Part shown: in pieces, positions 1 to 10,991 of the stretch
Layout of the letters: every line of letters starts with the position of its first letter
Numbering within the stretch: position 1 is the stretch's first letter
Origin: Bdellovibrionales bacterium
GTDB lineage: Bacteria > Bdellovibrionota > Bdellovibrionia > Bdellovibrionales > UBA1609
Length of the DNA: 64,000 nt
Direction: 5' to 3'
NCBI GenBank assembly: GCA_965219095.1
Contig: CBDCMT010000001.1
Coordinates: 2,333,095 to 2,397,094, forward strand
Notes under the pieces: generated by a model
Told to the model about the DNA's origin: nothing
The model's database searches: none
The model's input: the letters and a program-made list of their open reading frames with translations, nothing else
Position numbers and translations under genes: made by a program

Positions 1-322
1 CTGCGGAGAGCAATTTCTAAGAGTGGTATCGATACGGCAATGAGGAGAAGTGCGGTGGCTGGCGCTAGTACGTTAATAGCATCACCAATATTACTATCAT
101 TAGCATCAATAGGGAAAACATTGACAGGCAAAGTTGTAGTAGCAGCAGGTTCTGTAATGATTGCATCAGCATCGGTAGCGGGATCAATATCTGCAATGGT
201 TTGTAGTAAAGTAACTTTATTTTTTTCAAAAAAGAATTAGAAATCAAAAGAACTCTTGTTTTTAAATAGGCCTCTATTCAAGCATGCGGGGGCTTCTCTG
301 TTATAACTTTAAGTGCAACTAA

Positions 323-840
323 AGCAATGTTAAAAACCAACTTAGATATTTCAGATTTTATGTCATAAAATTTACATATGTTCTTCGAGAAAGATTGTCA
401 ATTAAGATTAAAGCTCACAACGACTTTTTATTTATTAAACGAAAAGCAAATGAGGATTTTAGCTACGGCAAAATCGAAAGCCTAGGGTTGCGGTGGCATA
501 AGCAAGGTATCAAAGTTTACAGATTTATGTCGTCAGACTATTTACAGAGGATTAGAGGAGCTTTCTAAAAGAAGGAATGGTCAAAAAGAAATGTCTTTTT
601 TCGTATATTTCAAAAAACTGGAGAGGACGTCCTTTGATTAATTATATGACTGTAATCAATTTAATATCTAAGACGAAAATCAAGCCTAAAAGTTAAAGCT
701 TGTTTAGATAGAAGAAAATACAAAAAAGGAGAAACAGCGTCTAAAAAGGAGATGGAGTTTATAAAAATTAAGAGAGAAGCATTTCAGGACAAGTGGAATT
801 ATAAAATACTATTACATTTAAGTTATTTTTTAACAGTTCC
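323..840 (+). mobile_element. Degenerate, internally deleted ISAzo13-family remnant
   Basis: Aligns by eye to both ends of the intact element at 3610-4895 (IR GGAACTGTTAAAAAATAACTTAG), with large internal deletions and stop codons. Confidence 0.9.
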
Positions 841-846
841 TAAAAG

Positions 847-1227
847 TTAGGCAATGAGATCTAAAAAACACTGTCTCCAATACAAGGGAGTTTTTGATGA
901 AAACTTTAGAACCAGCTCAAAAATTTTTTGATCCACTCGGGAAGATCTAATCACAATACCATCTAAATTCAAATTCATATCAGGTAAAAACAAATTAAGG
1001 TGTTCTCCTATGAGGTTGTCTAAACTCAAACGTTGCCTTAAATCAACACGCACAAGATCACATCTTGAAATATGAATACAAAAAGCAGTTAGACTTATAT
1101 TTAATAGTACCCCATATTGAGCAATTACACTCTTGTCATAGAGACTTGTAACCTCTTGAATGCCTATCTTTTCAATACATTTTCTAGGTTCTTTTCTATC
1201 TATAAAGTCTAACTTCCTAGCTGACAT
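847..1227 (-). CDS. PilZ-like domain protein
   Basis: Likely start MSARKL after AGAGG; RKEPR (RxxxR) motif and degenerate N-x-S-x-x-A in place of D/N-x-S-x-x-G. Confidence 0.55.
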   Translation of the reverse strand: MSARKLDFIDRKEPRKCIEKIGIQEVTSLYDKSVIAQYGVLLNISLTAFCIHISRCDLVRVDLRQRLSLDNLIGEHLNLFLPDMNLNLDGIVIRSSRVDQKIFELVLKFSSKTPLYWRQCFLDLIA

Positions 1228-1340
1228 ACAAACACCTCTCTTACCTCTCACTATCTTTATCGTCATAAAAAATAAAAACATTAAGATTTTTAAAAAAATC
1301 ATGTAAATTAAGAGGCATTTTGTTTTTGAAATAAAGAGTG

Positions 1341-1589
1341 TTAAAAAATGATCCAACTATCTAAAACAGGAGCTGCCACAAACACAATTAAACTCATATT
1401 GATCCATATAAAAAACTTTTTCCAATGGCTAAAGTCATTTTGACTCATAGTAAGACAAATCTCTTTTTTAAAGTACTTTAAAAATTCATAGCCTGTCTTT
1501 AAAGCTATAGGAACCACTAAGATTAAATACATCATATGTGCTGAAACAAAAAGGGGTGAAAGAAGAACTAAAAAGAGATAAAAAAACAA
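1341..1589 (-). CDS. Hypothetical small membrane protein
   Basis: 82-aa ORF with hydrophobic segments; start uncertain. Confidence 0.4.
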   Translation of the reverse strand: MFFYLFLVLLSPLFVSAHMMYLILVVPIALKTGYEFLKYFKKEICLTMSQNDFSHWKKFFIWINMSLIVFVAAPVLDSWIIF

Positions 1590-1714
1590 AACTTGTCATT
1601 TATGAGGATGAGGGTCATGGTATTAAAAAAAGAAAAAATTTTCTTGATTGTTCTCAAAAGATTTTAGATTTTTTAAAGACCTCTAAACTATCTATCTCAG
1701 AGGGTTGGAAGTAG
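1562..1714 (+). pseudogene. C-terminal fragment of an S9 (prolyl oligopeptidase-type) peptidase
   Basis: Manual translation EELKRDKKTKLVIYEDEGHGIKKRKNFLDCSQKILDFLK; Y-x-D-E-G-H-G catalytic His motif; no start or N-terminus. Confidence 0.6.
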
Positions 1715-1809
1715 ATCAAGAACTCTGCAAATAAAGATAACCATTTAAATCCATTTTAGAAGACCTAAAGCCATTGATCAGGTTTATAGGGAAAGTCAAT
1801 AGGACTTTA

Positions 1810-2951
1810 TATAGTGCTTCCGTTTAGGTTTTCAGTTTCCTAAGATAGAGAAGTTATCAGTTATCAAAGTTTCTAATTTAGGTCTGTGTTTTCGTATTCC
1901 TCTAAAAAATTGACTTAAACTTCCCTTGAAATCGTCATAGTTTTCATAATATCGATTCGCCGTGACCTCTTTTTTCATAAACTTCCAAAGCCTTTCTATA
2001 GGATTTAAATTCGGTGAGTACGGAGGAAGATAAATAAGCTTTACATTCAACTCTTTCGCTAACTTCTTGACAGACTTCGATCTATTGTATCCGGCCCCAT
2101 CTAAGATAAGATGAATCTCTTTTTCATCGGGATGCTTCTTAATGAATATGATGGAGCATATCACATAGGAAAACTTCGTTGACTGTCTTATAACTCCTGA
2201 CTACCGTCTTCAAACTATTGATCTCAATAGCTCCACAAACATTCACTCTTTTTCTCCAGCCTGAATTGGTCTTCACTTCAAACTTCTTACCCTCTCTTAT
2301 CCAACCATATGAAATCGTAGGGCCCCACTCAGGATGTGTGGAATCAGCAAAGTAAACAGGACCGTCTTTCTTCTTAATTCTCTTGTATTTACGCACAAAC
2401 TTTTTCTGCTCTTCTCTCTTTGCCTTACCCGGTATCGCTGTGGCTTTTTTATAAGAAAAACTAAGGCGATGGAGAAGATCAATTACACCACTTGTTGAGT
2501 ACGTAACACCAAAATTCTCCTCAATGAACTGAATAACGGTCTGTGATGATGGAAAAATTCTTTTCTCTAATTCCTTTAAAAGCATTTTCTCCTCTTTCTT
2601 AGTTAAAAAGGAGCTTTTAGGGTTGTAATTGTCGTTGATTAAGCACTCTATCCCACCTTTGTTATAACGATCTCTACAGGCTCTTATCGTGCCCTCATCA
2701 ATGAAAAGAAAGCAGGCAATATCTTTACACAACTTACCTTTATCTAAATGGAGAATTGTCATAATCCTTTTTGCGTATTTAAGATTTTTCTCTAGAGATA
2801 GTTCATAGAGTAAATCTTTTCGCTCTTTTTTTGATAGAAACCCTGACATATGAAACTATTTTTAAAAATAAATGACTTTTTATCAAGGCCTTAGAATAAA
2901 AACTAGACCTCAACTCAAAAAAAAACGGAAAACCTAAGCGGAAGCACTATA
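1810..2951 (-). mobile_element. IS630-family element A, copy 1
   Basis: IRs TATAGTGCTTCCG, TA flanks; split transposase 2139-2849 and 1832-2164 with YLPPYSPNLNPIERLW motif. Confidence 0.95.
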
Positions 2952-2999
2952 TATGGACATTATATGTGTTAACAAAAACAATCAAAGGAAAGGAATACT

Positions 3000-3279
3000 A
3001 TGAAAATAAAAATTCTACTTATGGCTATTATTTGCCTTTTTATATTCAAGCAAAGTGCATTTGCTTTATACCATAATGTTTATTTTAAAGCAGGCTGGCA
3101 GGGGAAGATACCAAAAGACATTAAAAAAGAGATTAATGGTATCACTAAAAACATCGAGAATTGTAATCTCCCTACTCCAAACACTTCATACACATGTCCA
3201 ATGAATGATCAATACTACATTTATTTTTCGGGCTTCATATGCCCAAAAAAGAAAAACAGAAGTAGAAGTATACGACATA
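3000..3279 (+). pseudogene. Secreted hypothetical protein interrupted by IS630 (3' part at about 5709-5767)
   Basis: Signal peptide MKIKILLMAIICLFIFKQSAFA; frame resumes after the IS as INIRESYLSNEFDTLFTRT*. Confidence 0.6.
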
Positions 3280-5708
3280 TAGTGCTTCCGTTTAGGTTTT
3301 CAGTTTCCTAAGATAGAGAAGTTATCAGTTATCAAAGTTTCTAATTTAGATCTGTGTTTTCGTATTCCTCTAAAAAATTGACTTAAACTTCCCTTGAAAT
3401 CGTCATAGTTTTCATAATATCGATTCGCCGTGACCTCTTTTTTCATAAACTTCCAAAGCCTTTCTATAGGATTTAAATTCGGTGAATACGGAGGAAGATA
3501 AACAAGTTTTATATTCAACTCTTTCGCTAACTTCTTGACAGACTTCGATCTATTGTATCCGGCCCCATCTAAGATAAGATGAATCTCTTTTTCATCGGGA
3601 TGCTTCTTAGGAACTGTTAAAAAATAACTTAGACATTTCAGATTTTATATCGTAAGATTTACATGTGCTATCAGAGAAAGATCGTCAATTAAGATTAAAG
3701 CTCACAACGACTTTTCATTTATTAAACGAAAAGCAAAGGAGGATTTTAGCTGCGGCAGAGTCGAAAGCCTATGGTCGTGGTGGCATAAGCAAGGTATCAA
3801 AGTTTACAGGTTTATGTCGTCAGACTATTTACAGAGGATTAGAAGAGCTTTCTAAAGGAGTTAAAGATTCAAAGATTCGTTCAAAAGGAGGGGGAAGGAA
3901 GAAGAAGACTGCAGAGTATCCAGAGTTAGTTTCCGTTCTTGAAAGTTTAATGGAGTCTAGCACAAGAGGGGATCCTGAGAGTCCGCTAAAGTGGAGCAGT
4001 AAAAGTGTAAGAAATCTTAGTGAGGCCTTAAATTCACAAGGTTATAATATAAGCCCTCCCACTGTTGCAAGCATTTTACACGAACTGGATTACAGCTTGC
4101 AGGCCAATAGAAAGGTTTTGGAAGGAAAAAAAGCTCATGCAGATAGAAATGAACAATTTGAGTTCATTAATAACAAGGTAAAGAGTTTTTTAAGAAGAGG
4201 GCTACCTGTTATTTCTGTAGATACAAAGAAGAAGGAGATTCTTGGAAATTATGTTAGTAAGGGGAAGGAATGGTCAAAAAAGAAAAATCCCATAGAAGTT
4301 TTAAGCCATGATTTCCCAGATCCAGAAGTTCCAAGAGTGATACCTTACGGTGTTTATGATTTGTCTTTAAATGCAGGATGGGTCAATGTAGGGGTAAGTG
4401 CTGATATAGCAGAATTTGCTGTTTCAAGCATTAAAAAGTGGTGGAGGTATATGGGAAAAAAATCTTATCCTAATGCTGCACAAATTTTAATTTGTGCAGA
4501 CAGTGAGGGAAGTAATGGATATCGTCTTCATCTATGGAAGTATGAGTTACAGAAATGGTGTGATGTAGTAGGATTAAAAGTTCATGTTTGTCACTTTCCT
4601 CCTGGAACAAGCAAATGGAATAAAATTGAACATCGTCTTTTTTCGTATATTTCAAAAAATTGGAGAGGACGTCCTTTGATTAATTATATGACTGTAGTCA
4701 ATTTAATATCTAAGACGAAAACAAAATTAGGCCTAAAAGTCAAAGCTTGTTTAGATAGAAGGAAATACAAGAAAGGAAAAACAGTGTCTAAAAAAGAGAT
4801 GGAATCTATAAAAATTAAGAAAGAAGTATTTCATGGCGAGTGGAATTATAAAATACTACCACACTAAAATGTCTAAGTTATTTTTTAACAGTTCCTTAAT
4901 GAATATGATGGAGCATATCACATAGGAAAACTTCGTTGACTGTCTTATAACTCCTGACTACCGTCTTCAAACTATTGATCTCAATAGCTCCACAAACATT
5001 CACTCTTTTTCTCCAGCCTGAATTGGTCTTCACTTCAAACTTCTTACCCTCTCTTATCCAACCATATGAAATCGTAGGGCCCCACTCAGGATGTGTGGAA
5101 TCAGCAAAGTAAACAGGACCGTCTTTCTTCTTAATTCTCTTGTATTTACGCACAAACTTTTTCTGCTCTTCTCTCTTTGCCTTACCCGGTATCGCTGTGG
5201 CTTTTTTATAAGAAAAACCAAGGCGATGGAGAAGATCAATTACACCACTTGTTGAGTACGTAACACCAAAATTCTCCTCAATGAACTGAATAACGGTCTG
5301 TGATGATGGAAAAATTCTTTTCTCTAATTCCTTTAAAAGCATTTTCTCCTCTTTCTTAGTTAAAAAGGACCTTTTAGGGTTGTAATTGTCGTTGATTAAG
5401 CACTCTATCCCACCTTTGTTATAACGATCTCTACAGGCTCTTATCGTGCCCTCATCAATGAAAAGAAAGCAGGCAATATCTTTACACAACTTACCTTTAT
5501 CTAAATGGAGAATTGTCATAATCCTTTTTACGTATTTAAAATTTTTCTCTAGAGATAGTTCATAGAGTAAATCTTTTCGCTCTTTTTTTGATAGAAACCC
5601 TGACATATGAAACTATTTTTAAAAATAAATGACTTTTTATCAAGGCCTTAGAATAAAAACTAGACCTCAACTCAAAAAAAAACGGAAAACCTAAGCGGAA
5701 GCACTATA
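3278..5708 (-). mobile_element. IS630-family element A, copy 2 (interrupted by ISAzo13)
   Basis: Near-identical to copy 1; ORFs 4896-5606 and 3300-3518; same IRs. Confidence 0.95.
3610..4895 (+). mobile_element. ISAzo13-family element, intact transposase 3665-4867
   Basis: 400-aa transposase (ISVDTKKKE, HFPPGTSKWNKIEHRLFS); 29-bp perfect IRs; 3-bp TTA duplication. Confidence 0.95.
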
Positions 5709-5952
5709 TAAACATTAGAGAATCATATCTTTCCAATGAATTTGATACACTCTTTACCCGTACTTAAAAGTTATAAATTTCTAGAAGTAAAAATCCAAAC
5801 TTATACATGAAAATATAGAATTAACTTTTGGAATTGGTATAGCTCTAAGCATTTCACTTTTATTCTTTTTAATATAAAAATAATTTAATAAAATGACCTG
5901 GATTAAAGGCTTGAAAATTGTGAAAAAATTTACTGGTCAGAACACTAGATTA

Positions 5953-6531
5953 CCCAAATTCCACGCTAAAAATGATCACTACATTGCTCTAACATAGGAT
6001 AAGTTCCATAAGACAGAAATTTTCCAGTAAAAATGGGGTTATTGCCCTTTTTTTCTGTGAAAAGCTCTTGCCATTCTATTTTTAAGTAGTTACCATAATG
6101 GTAACTACTATGAGTTTTATAAAGAAGATTAAAAGAGGAGGCAGCACTTATTTAGCAGAGGTGAGAAATATCCGAGTCAAGGGCAAGGTCGTACATCAGA
6201 ATTTTAAAAGGAGTTACAAATTTAAATCCTGTACGACACTGGCTTTGCAACAGAGTAGTGGCTCATTTTTTTATTTGTTATTTATCTTATCTTCTGCTTT
6301 CCGTATTAAAGTTACATCTCTACAATTTGGATTTGGATATTTCGCCCATTCAAGCATTAAAAGAGCTAGAAAACCTGTACAAAGTTTATTTTTCTGATAA
6401 AAAGAAAAAAGTTCAAATGTCTCGGACAGTTGCTCTAAGCAAAATTCAAGAAAATATCATAAAGGCTATTGACAAAAAGCTTCTCAGAGAAATGAAAACC
6501 AGTAGTGATCATTTTTAGCGTGGAATTTGGG
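5953..6531 (+). mobile_element. Internally deleted IS1634-like element A (MITE-like)
   Basis: IRs CCCAAATTCCACGCTAAAAATGATCACTAC; TAGATTA duplication; N- and C-terminal transposase pieces joined. Confidence 0.9.
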
Positions 6532-6598
6532 TAGATTAAAAACCCTTGTTCAAGTTGAAAAAGGTTGGACTGTGCTGAAAAAGAAAAAAGATTTAATT

Positions 6599-8596
6599 CT
6601 ATAGAAGAGGGGCTAATATAAGAGCTACAATGGACATCACTTTAATCAGTATATTCATGGAAGGCCCTGTTGTGTCTTTAAAAGGATCTCCCACTGTATC
6701 TCCAATTACAGCAGCTGCATGAGTGTCACTCCCTTTTGTCTCTCCTTCAATGTCACCCTTTTCAATGTATTTTTTAGCGTTATCCCAAGCTCCTCCAGAG
6801 TTACTCATAAAAAGAGCGAAAACAATTCCTACTAACAAAGAACCAGCTAACATACCTCCTAGAGCTTGGGCTCCTAAAAGAAGACCAACACAAACAGGAG
6901 AGGTGACTGCAATCATGCCTGGTAAGATCATTTCCTTTAAGGCGGCGTTTGTAGAAATAGAAACACAACGAGTAGTATCAGGTTTTCCTTCACCTTTGAG
7001 AAGGCCGGGGATTTCACGAAATTGTCTTCTGATCTCATCAACCATATGTGAAGCTGCTTTTCCCACAGAACTCATAGTTAAAGAGGCCACTATAAGAACT
7101 ATCATAGCCCCTAGTAGAAGTCCCATAACAACAGAAGGATTGGTTATATCCATGACAAGTTCCTGGGGCAATTGCTCTTTAAAGGATACAAAAAGTGCTA
7201 AAGCTGTAAGAGCTGCAGAACCAATGGCAAATCCTTTTCCGATTGCAGCTGTAGTGTTTCCTACAGCATCTAAATTGTCAGTGATTTGACGTACTTCAGG
7301 TTTTAATTTCGCCATTTGGGCAATGCCTCCGGCATTATCTGCAATAGGACCATAAGCATCAATAGTCATAGTGATTCCTACAGTAGCCAACATACCTACA
7401 GCAGCCATAGCAATTCCATAAAGGCCTGCAAAATGATGGGAAGTAAAGATGGAGAGTACAATTATCAAAAGGGGAATGGCACAAGACTCTAAACCTACAG
7501 CGACTCCTGATATGATATTTGTAGCAGGTCCTGTCTTAGAAGCATAAATAATTTTATAAACAGGTTTTGAAGCCGTATAAAATTCCGTAACTTTTCCAAT
7601 TAAAATACCGCAAAGAGAGCCTGCTAAAACAGCCCAGAAAACATGAGTGGATATTTCAAGAGTTTGAAGTAAGAAAAAAGAAGCAACTAAAAATAAAATT
7701 CCTGAGACATACTCAGAACCATTGAGAGCTTTTGAAGGGTTAAGGTTTTTGAAAAGATTCATGCCTAAAATACCTAGAATAGAGGCAAATAAACCTAAAA
7801 CACAGATCAATAAAGGAAGGATCAGAAGATCGGAGCGGTTTCCTGATAAAGAAAGATCGTAAACAGCTTCAAGTCCCATGGTGGCTGCTATGGTTAGGGT
7901 AGCTACTGTAGCACCTACGTAGGATTCAAAGATGTCTGCTCCCATACCTGCTACATCTCCCACATTGTCTCCTACATTGTCAGCAATCACACCAGGATTT
8001 CTAGGGTCGTCCTCAGGAATACCTGCTTCTACTTTTCCTGCCAAATCAGAGCCCACATCAGCAGCTTTTGTAAAAATACCCCCTCCAATGCGAGCAAATA
8101 AAGCAATAGAAGAAGCTCCCATAGAAAAGCCCGCAATCACTGCAATAGAATCTTGGTAAAAATAAAACAAAACTCCTAGCCCTATTAATCCTAAACTTGC
8201 TACTGAGAGTCCCATCACTGCACCACCATTAAAGGCAATAAGTAAGGCTTCAGATAGACCTTTAAAGTTAGCAGCATTAGCAGAACGAACGTTACTTTTT
8301 GTAGCAGCCTTCATCCCAATAAAACCAGCAAGAGCTGATGTAAGAGCCCCTGTTATAAAAGCTACAGAATGGTTGATTCCAAATTGCCAGTACATAAGAC
8401 AGGCTACAAAGATCACAAAGATTGAAAGTTTAGAGTACTGAGCTTTTAAAAAAGCCATGGCTCCAAGATGAATTTGCGAAGCTATAAACTTCATGTTGTC
8501 ATCCCCTTGGTCTTGTTTGATGACTATAATGTAAAGAACAAGAGCCATAATAAGACCAAGGACTCCAACAGCCGGGATGCTAAGATATGAAAACAT
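6599..8596 (-). CDS. hppA: Membrane-bound pyrophosphatase, K+-dependent (probably Na+-translocating)
   Basis: [29 protein letters not shown] and [10 protein letters not shown] motifs. Confidence 0.95.
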   Translation of the reverse strand: MFSYLSIPAVGVLGLIMALVLYIIVIKQDQGDDNMKFIASQIHLGAMAFLKAQYSKLSIFVIFVACLMYWQFGINHSVAFITGALTSALAGFIGMKAATKSNVRSANAANFKGLSEALLIAFNGGAVMGLSVASLGLIGLGVLFYFYQDSIAVIAGFSMGASSIALFARIGGGIFTKAADVGSDLAGKVEAGIPEDDPRNPGVIADNVGDNVGDVAGMGADIFESYVGATVATLTIAATMGLEAVYDLSLSGNRSDLLILPLLICVLGLFASILGILGMNLFKNLNPSKALNGSEYVSGILFLVASFFLLQTLEISTHVFWAVLAGSLCGILIGKVTEFYTASKPVYKIIYASKTGPATNIISGVAVGLESCAIPLLIIVLSIFTSHHFAGLYGIAMAAVGMLATVGITMTIDAYGPIADNAGGIAQMAKLKPEVRQITDNLDAVGNTTAAIGKGFAIGSAALTALALFVSFKEQLPQELVMDITNPSVVMGLLLGAMIVLIVASLTMSSVGKAASHMVDEIRRQFREIPGLLKGEGKPDTTRCVSISTNAALKEMILPGMIAVTSPVCVGLLLGAQALGGMLAGSLLVGIVFALFMSNSGGAWDNAKKYIEKGDIEGETKGSDTHAAAVIGDTVGDPFKDTTGPSMNILIKVMSIVALILAPLL

Positions 8597-8597
8597 T

Positions 8598-8849
8598 TTA
8601 CTTCCTTTCCTTTTGTTGTTGTAAAAATTCTTTTAAAATCTTTTTGTTAAAATGAGTGGCATATAATGAGGGGTGGATAGGGAGTAGTTGTTTTTGTACC
8701 TTTAACTGTTCTAACTGTTTTTGTTTTTTAACTTCTTCTATAGAATCTATATGGGGAAGGAGTATTTCAAAATTCTTTTGAATGATGTCTGCAAAAACTA
8801 AATAAGCAGTAAAGAAACTGAGGAAAGCTATACGTTTTAGAAAACCCAT
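8598..8849 (-). CDS. Hypothetical protein with N-terminal membrane anchor or signal
   Basis: Tightly packed ORF in operon. Confidence 0.55.
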   Translation of the reverse strand: MGFLKRIAFLSFFTAYLVFADIIQKNFEILLPHIDSIEEVKKQKQLEQLKVQKQLLPIHPSLYATHFNKKILKEFLQQQKERK

Positions 8850-8862
8850 AATTTCTTTTAAC

Positions 8863-9717
8863 CTAATCTTGAAAAAGCTTCAATGGAATTTGACGATTTT
8901 TCTCTATGGGCAGGCGTTTTCTTATCTCATTGACTGTTTGCTTCTTGAGATCTGAGATTAATAAATCAGAAGTGTTAGGTGAGCCTTCCTCTATAACCTC
9001 ACCCCAAGGATCAACAATGAGGCTATGGCCGAAGCATTGTTTTTTCCCTCCTTTGATTCCTTTAAGGAGGCCTGCTTGGTTACAGGCTAAGGCAAAGGAT
9101 TGAAACTCCATAGCTCTTGCTTTTATAAGAGTGTGCCAGTGTGAAAGCCCTGTGAAATGTAAAAAAGCACTAGGTATGAGAAAGGCATCAACTCCTTGAG
9201 TTCTGTAGAAATAAAATAGCTCAAAAAACCTCACATCATAGCAAATAGAAAGGCCGAATTTCCAACCTTTGTAGATTTTGACATAGGGGTTTGTTCCTGC
9301 TTCATAGGTTTGACTTTCTCTGACTTGATGACCTGATACATAAAAGTCGAACAAGTGTATTTTCCGGTAAATCACTTCAATACCTTGAGAGTCTATCCAG
9401 ATCGAGGCATTAAAGATTTTTCCATCAGAGTCTTTCAAAGGGCTACCGCCTACATGAAAGGCGAAGTCATACTGGGTGGCTATTGATTTTAATTCCTTAA
9501 AATAAGGCGAGTGTATGTAGAGAGGTTCAAAATGTTTGTGGATTTTATAAAATAGAGCGTTCTCTGGAAGAGAAACTAGGTCTAGTTTTTCAGGACTCTT
9601 GATGGTTTCAAAAATTTTGATAATTTGTCTAAAGTTTTTTTCTGTATCATCAACAGACTGCAGTTGGAAAAGGGCTACTTTTAAATTATCTTTTAGAATA
9701 TTTGAAGTATTTTTCAT
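8863..9717 (-). CDS. Carbon-nitrogen hydrolase (Nit1/deaminated glutathione amidase-like)
   Basis: LPEN, YRKIHLFD, ICYDVRF, GHSLIVDPWG motifs. Confidence 0.9.
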   Translation of the reverse strand: MKNTSNILKDNLKVALFQLQSVDDTEKNFRQIIKIFETIKSPEKLDLVSLPENALFYKIHKHFEPLYIHSPYFKELKSIATQYDFAFHVGGSPLKDSDGKIFNASIWIDSQGIEVIYRKIHLFDFYVSGHQVRESQTYEAGTNPYVKIYKGWKFGLSICYDVRFFELFYFYRTQGVDAFLIPSAFLHFTGLSHWHTLIKARAMEFQSFALACNQAGLLKGIKGGKKQCFGHSLIVDPWGEVIEEGSPNTSDLLISDLKKQTVNEIRKRLPIEKNRQIPLKLFQD

Positions 9718-9728
9718 AGAAGAAAAGC

Positions 9729-10055
9729 TTAAGTAGTAATTTCAATCTTACCTTTAATGTCTTTACATTCCCATTTGTTTTTTTCTAAATTTGTTTGTGT
9801 TTTTGCTAAAATTTTTTGACAAGAAAGAGGCCATTTACATTTTCCTATGAAGTGTGAAATTCCTTTTTTTGTATAAATGACTTTATAAAAAAACTCTTGA
9901 GTTTTTTGTTTTATTTTGGGGATTTTGTGAAGGCTGATAGTCCTAATCTCACTTTGCTTTTCACATTCTACAAATTTTAAAAAGAATTTTTCAATTTGAG
10001 ATACTGAATTGATTGAGTAAAAAAGTGAAGCGAGAAAAAAGCATGTCTGTATCAT
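9729..10055 (-). CDS. Hypothetical secreted protein
   Basis: ORF in operon; signal-like N-terminus; paired Cys. Confidence 0.55.
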   Translation of the reverse strand: MIQTCFFLASLFYSINSVSQIEKFFLKFVECEKQSEIRTISLHKIPKIKQKTQEFFYKVIYTKKGISHFIGKCKWPLSCQKILAKTQTNLEKNKWECKDIKGKIEITT

Positions 10056-10058
10056 TTT

Positions 10059-10313
10059 TTAGCTTTCCTTCTTTGTTGATGATTCCTTTTGTGCTTTCTT
10101 TATTAAAGCTACATTTGAGTAGTCAATAAAGCCTTCTTTCTTGAAAATTTGACTTTTCTCTTTATCAAAATGTGTCTGAAGGTGGACTCCTCTTACTTTC
10201 ACTTTAAAAGGTGGGTTTTTACGTATTTGAATGACCTCTGCTGTAATTCCTTTATCATTTCCTGCAATGATTTTTACAGTATCCCCAACACGGATTTTTA
10301 TTTTTTTTGCCAT
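10059..10313 (-). CDS. rplX: 50S ribosomal protein L24 (KOW)
   Basis: IRVGDTVKIIAGNDKG and EGFIDYSNVAL motifs. Confidence 0.8.
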   Translation of the reverse strand: MAKKIKIRVGDTVKIIAGNDKGITAEVIQIRKNPPFKVKVRGVHLQTHFDKEKSQIFKKEGFIDYSNVALIKKAQKESSTKKES

Positions 10314-10315
10314 AA

Positions 10316-10609
10316 TCAACCTTTCTTTACTTTATTTAATTTTTTTATGATGGTTTGTTTGATTTTCAAAGCTTTTTTTGAAAGTTTTGTGCTATCTTGT
10401 TTGAGTAAAAAAGCATCTAAGCCCCCCTGTTTTTCAAGAGTGCGAAGTGTTCTTGTTGAAATTTTTAAAGGAAATGATTTTTTAAGACTTTCGCTTATAA
10501 GAGTTTTTTTTTGAATGTTTAGAAAGGCTCTAGAGCGAGTACGTATCTTCGAATGGCTTACTTTATTTTTTGAAACAGGTGTTTTCCCTGTGAGTTCGCA
10601 ACCTGGCAT
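10316..10609 (-). CDS. rpmB: 50S ribosomal protein L28
   Basis: CELTGK...NKVSHS...RTLEKQGGLD. Confidence 0.9.
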   Translation of the reverse strand: MPGCELTGKTPVSKNKVSHSKIRTRSRAFLNIQKKTLISESLKKSFPLKISTRTLRTLEKQGGLDAFLLKQDSTKLSKKALKIKQTIIKKLNKVKKG

Positions 10610-10733
10610 GTTCAATGACTCCTCTCAAAAGCTCTATCCCATCTTATACAGGAAAATTAAGTCTTTTGGCAAGTTTTTCTTGACTTGTGAAAGAGTTTTT
10701 TAGTAAAGATATGCTGTAGGAGGTGTTTTTCCG

Positions 10734-10979
10734 TTGAAAGCAAAAAAAGAGGGTGTAGTTTTTGACTACAAAGAGCCTGTTATTCTCAGTCGTTATTTGG
10801 ATCTTGGTAGAATTCTTCCTGCTCGACTAAGTAAATTAACTCATAAGCAGCAAAGAAAGTTGTCTTCAGCGATTAAAAAAGCTCGTAATTTAGCACTTCT
10901 TCCTAATGGGATGCAGGTGGCTAGTGATTTTGGCCGTAGAGCTAAGCCTATTTCCCCTGTTCCTTTTGAATTTGAGTAA
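10734..10979 (+). CDS. rpsR: 30S ribosomal protein S18
   Basis: DYK...GRILPAR...QRKLSSAIKKARNLALLP; TTG start after AGGAGG. Confidence 0.9.
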   Translation: MKAKKEGVVFDYKEPVILSRYLDLGRILPARLSKLTHKQQRKLSSAIKKARNLALLPNGMQVASDFGRRAKPISPVPFEFE

Positions 10980-10991
10980 AGGTAAAAAAAC

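Noticed and set aside
1..236. Minus-strand open frame (EKNKVTLLQTIADIDPATDAD...) running off the window
   Set aside because: No clear start, recognisable motif or context; cannot be assigned
1810..5708. Composite transposon carrying the 3000-3279 gene
   Set aside because: The gene continues beyond copy 2, indicating two independent insertions
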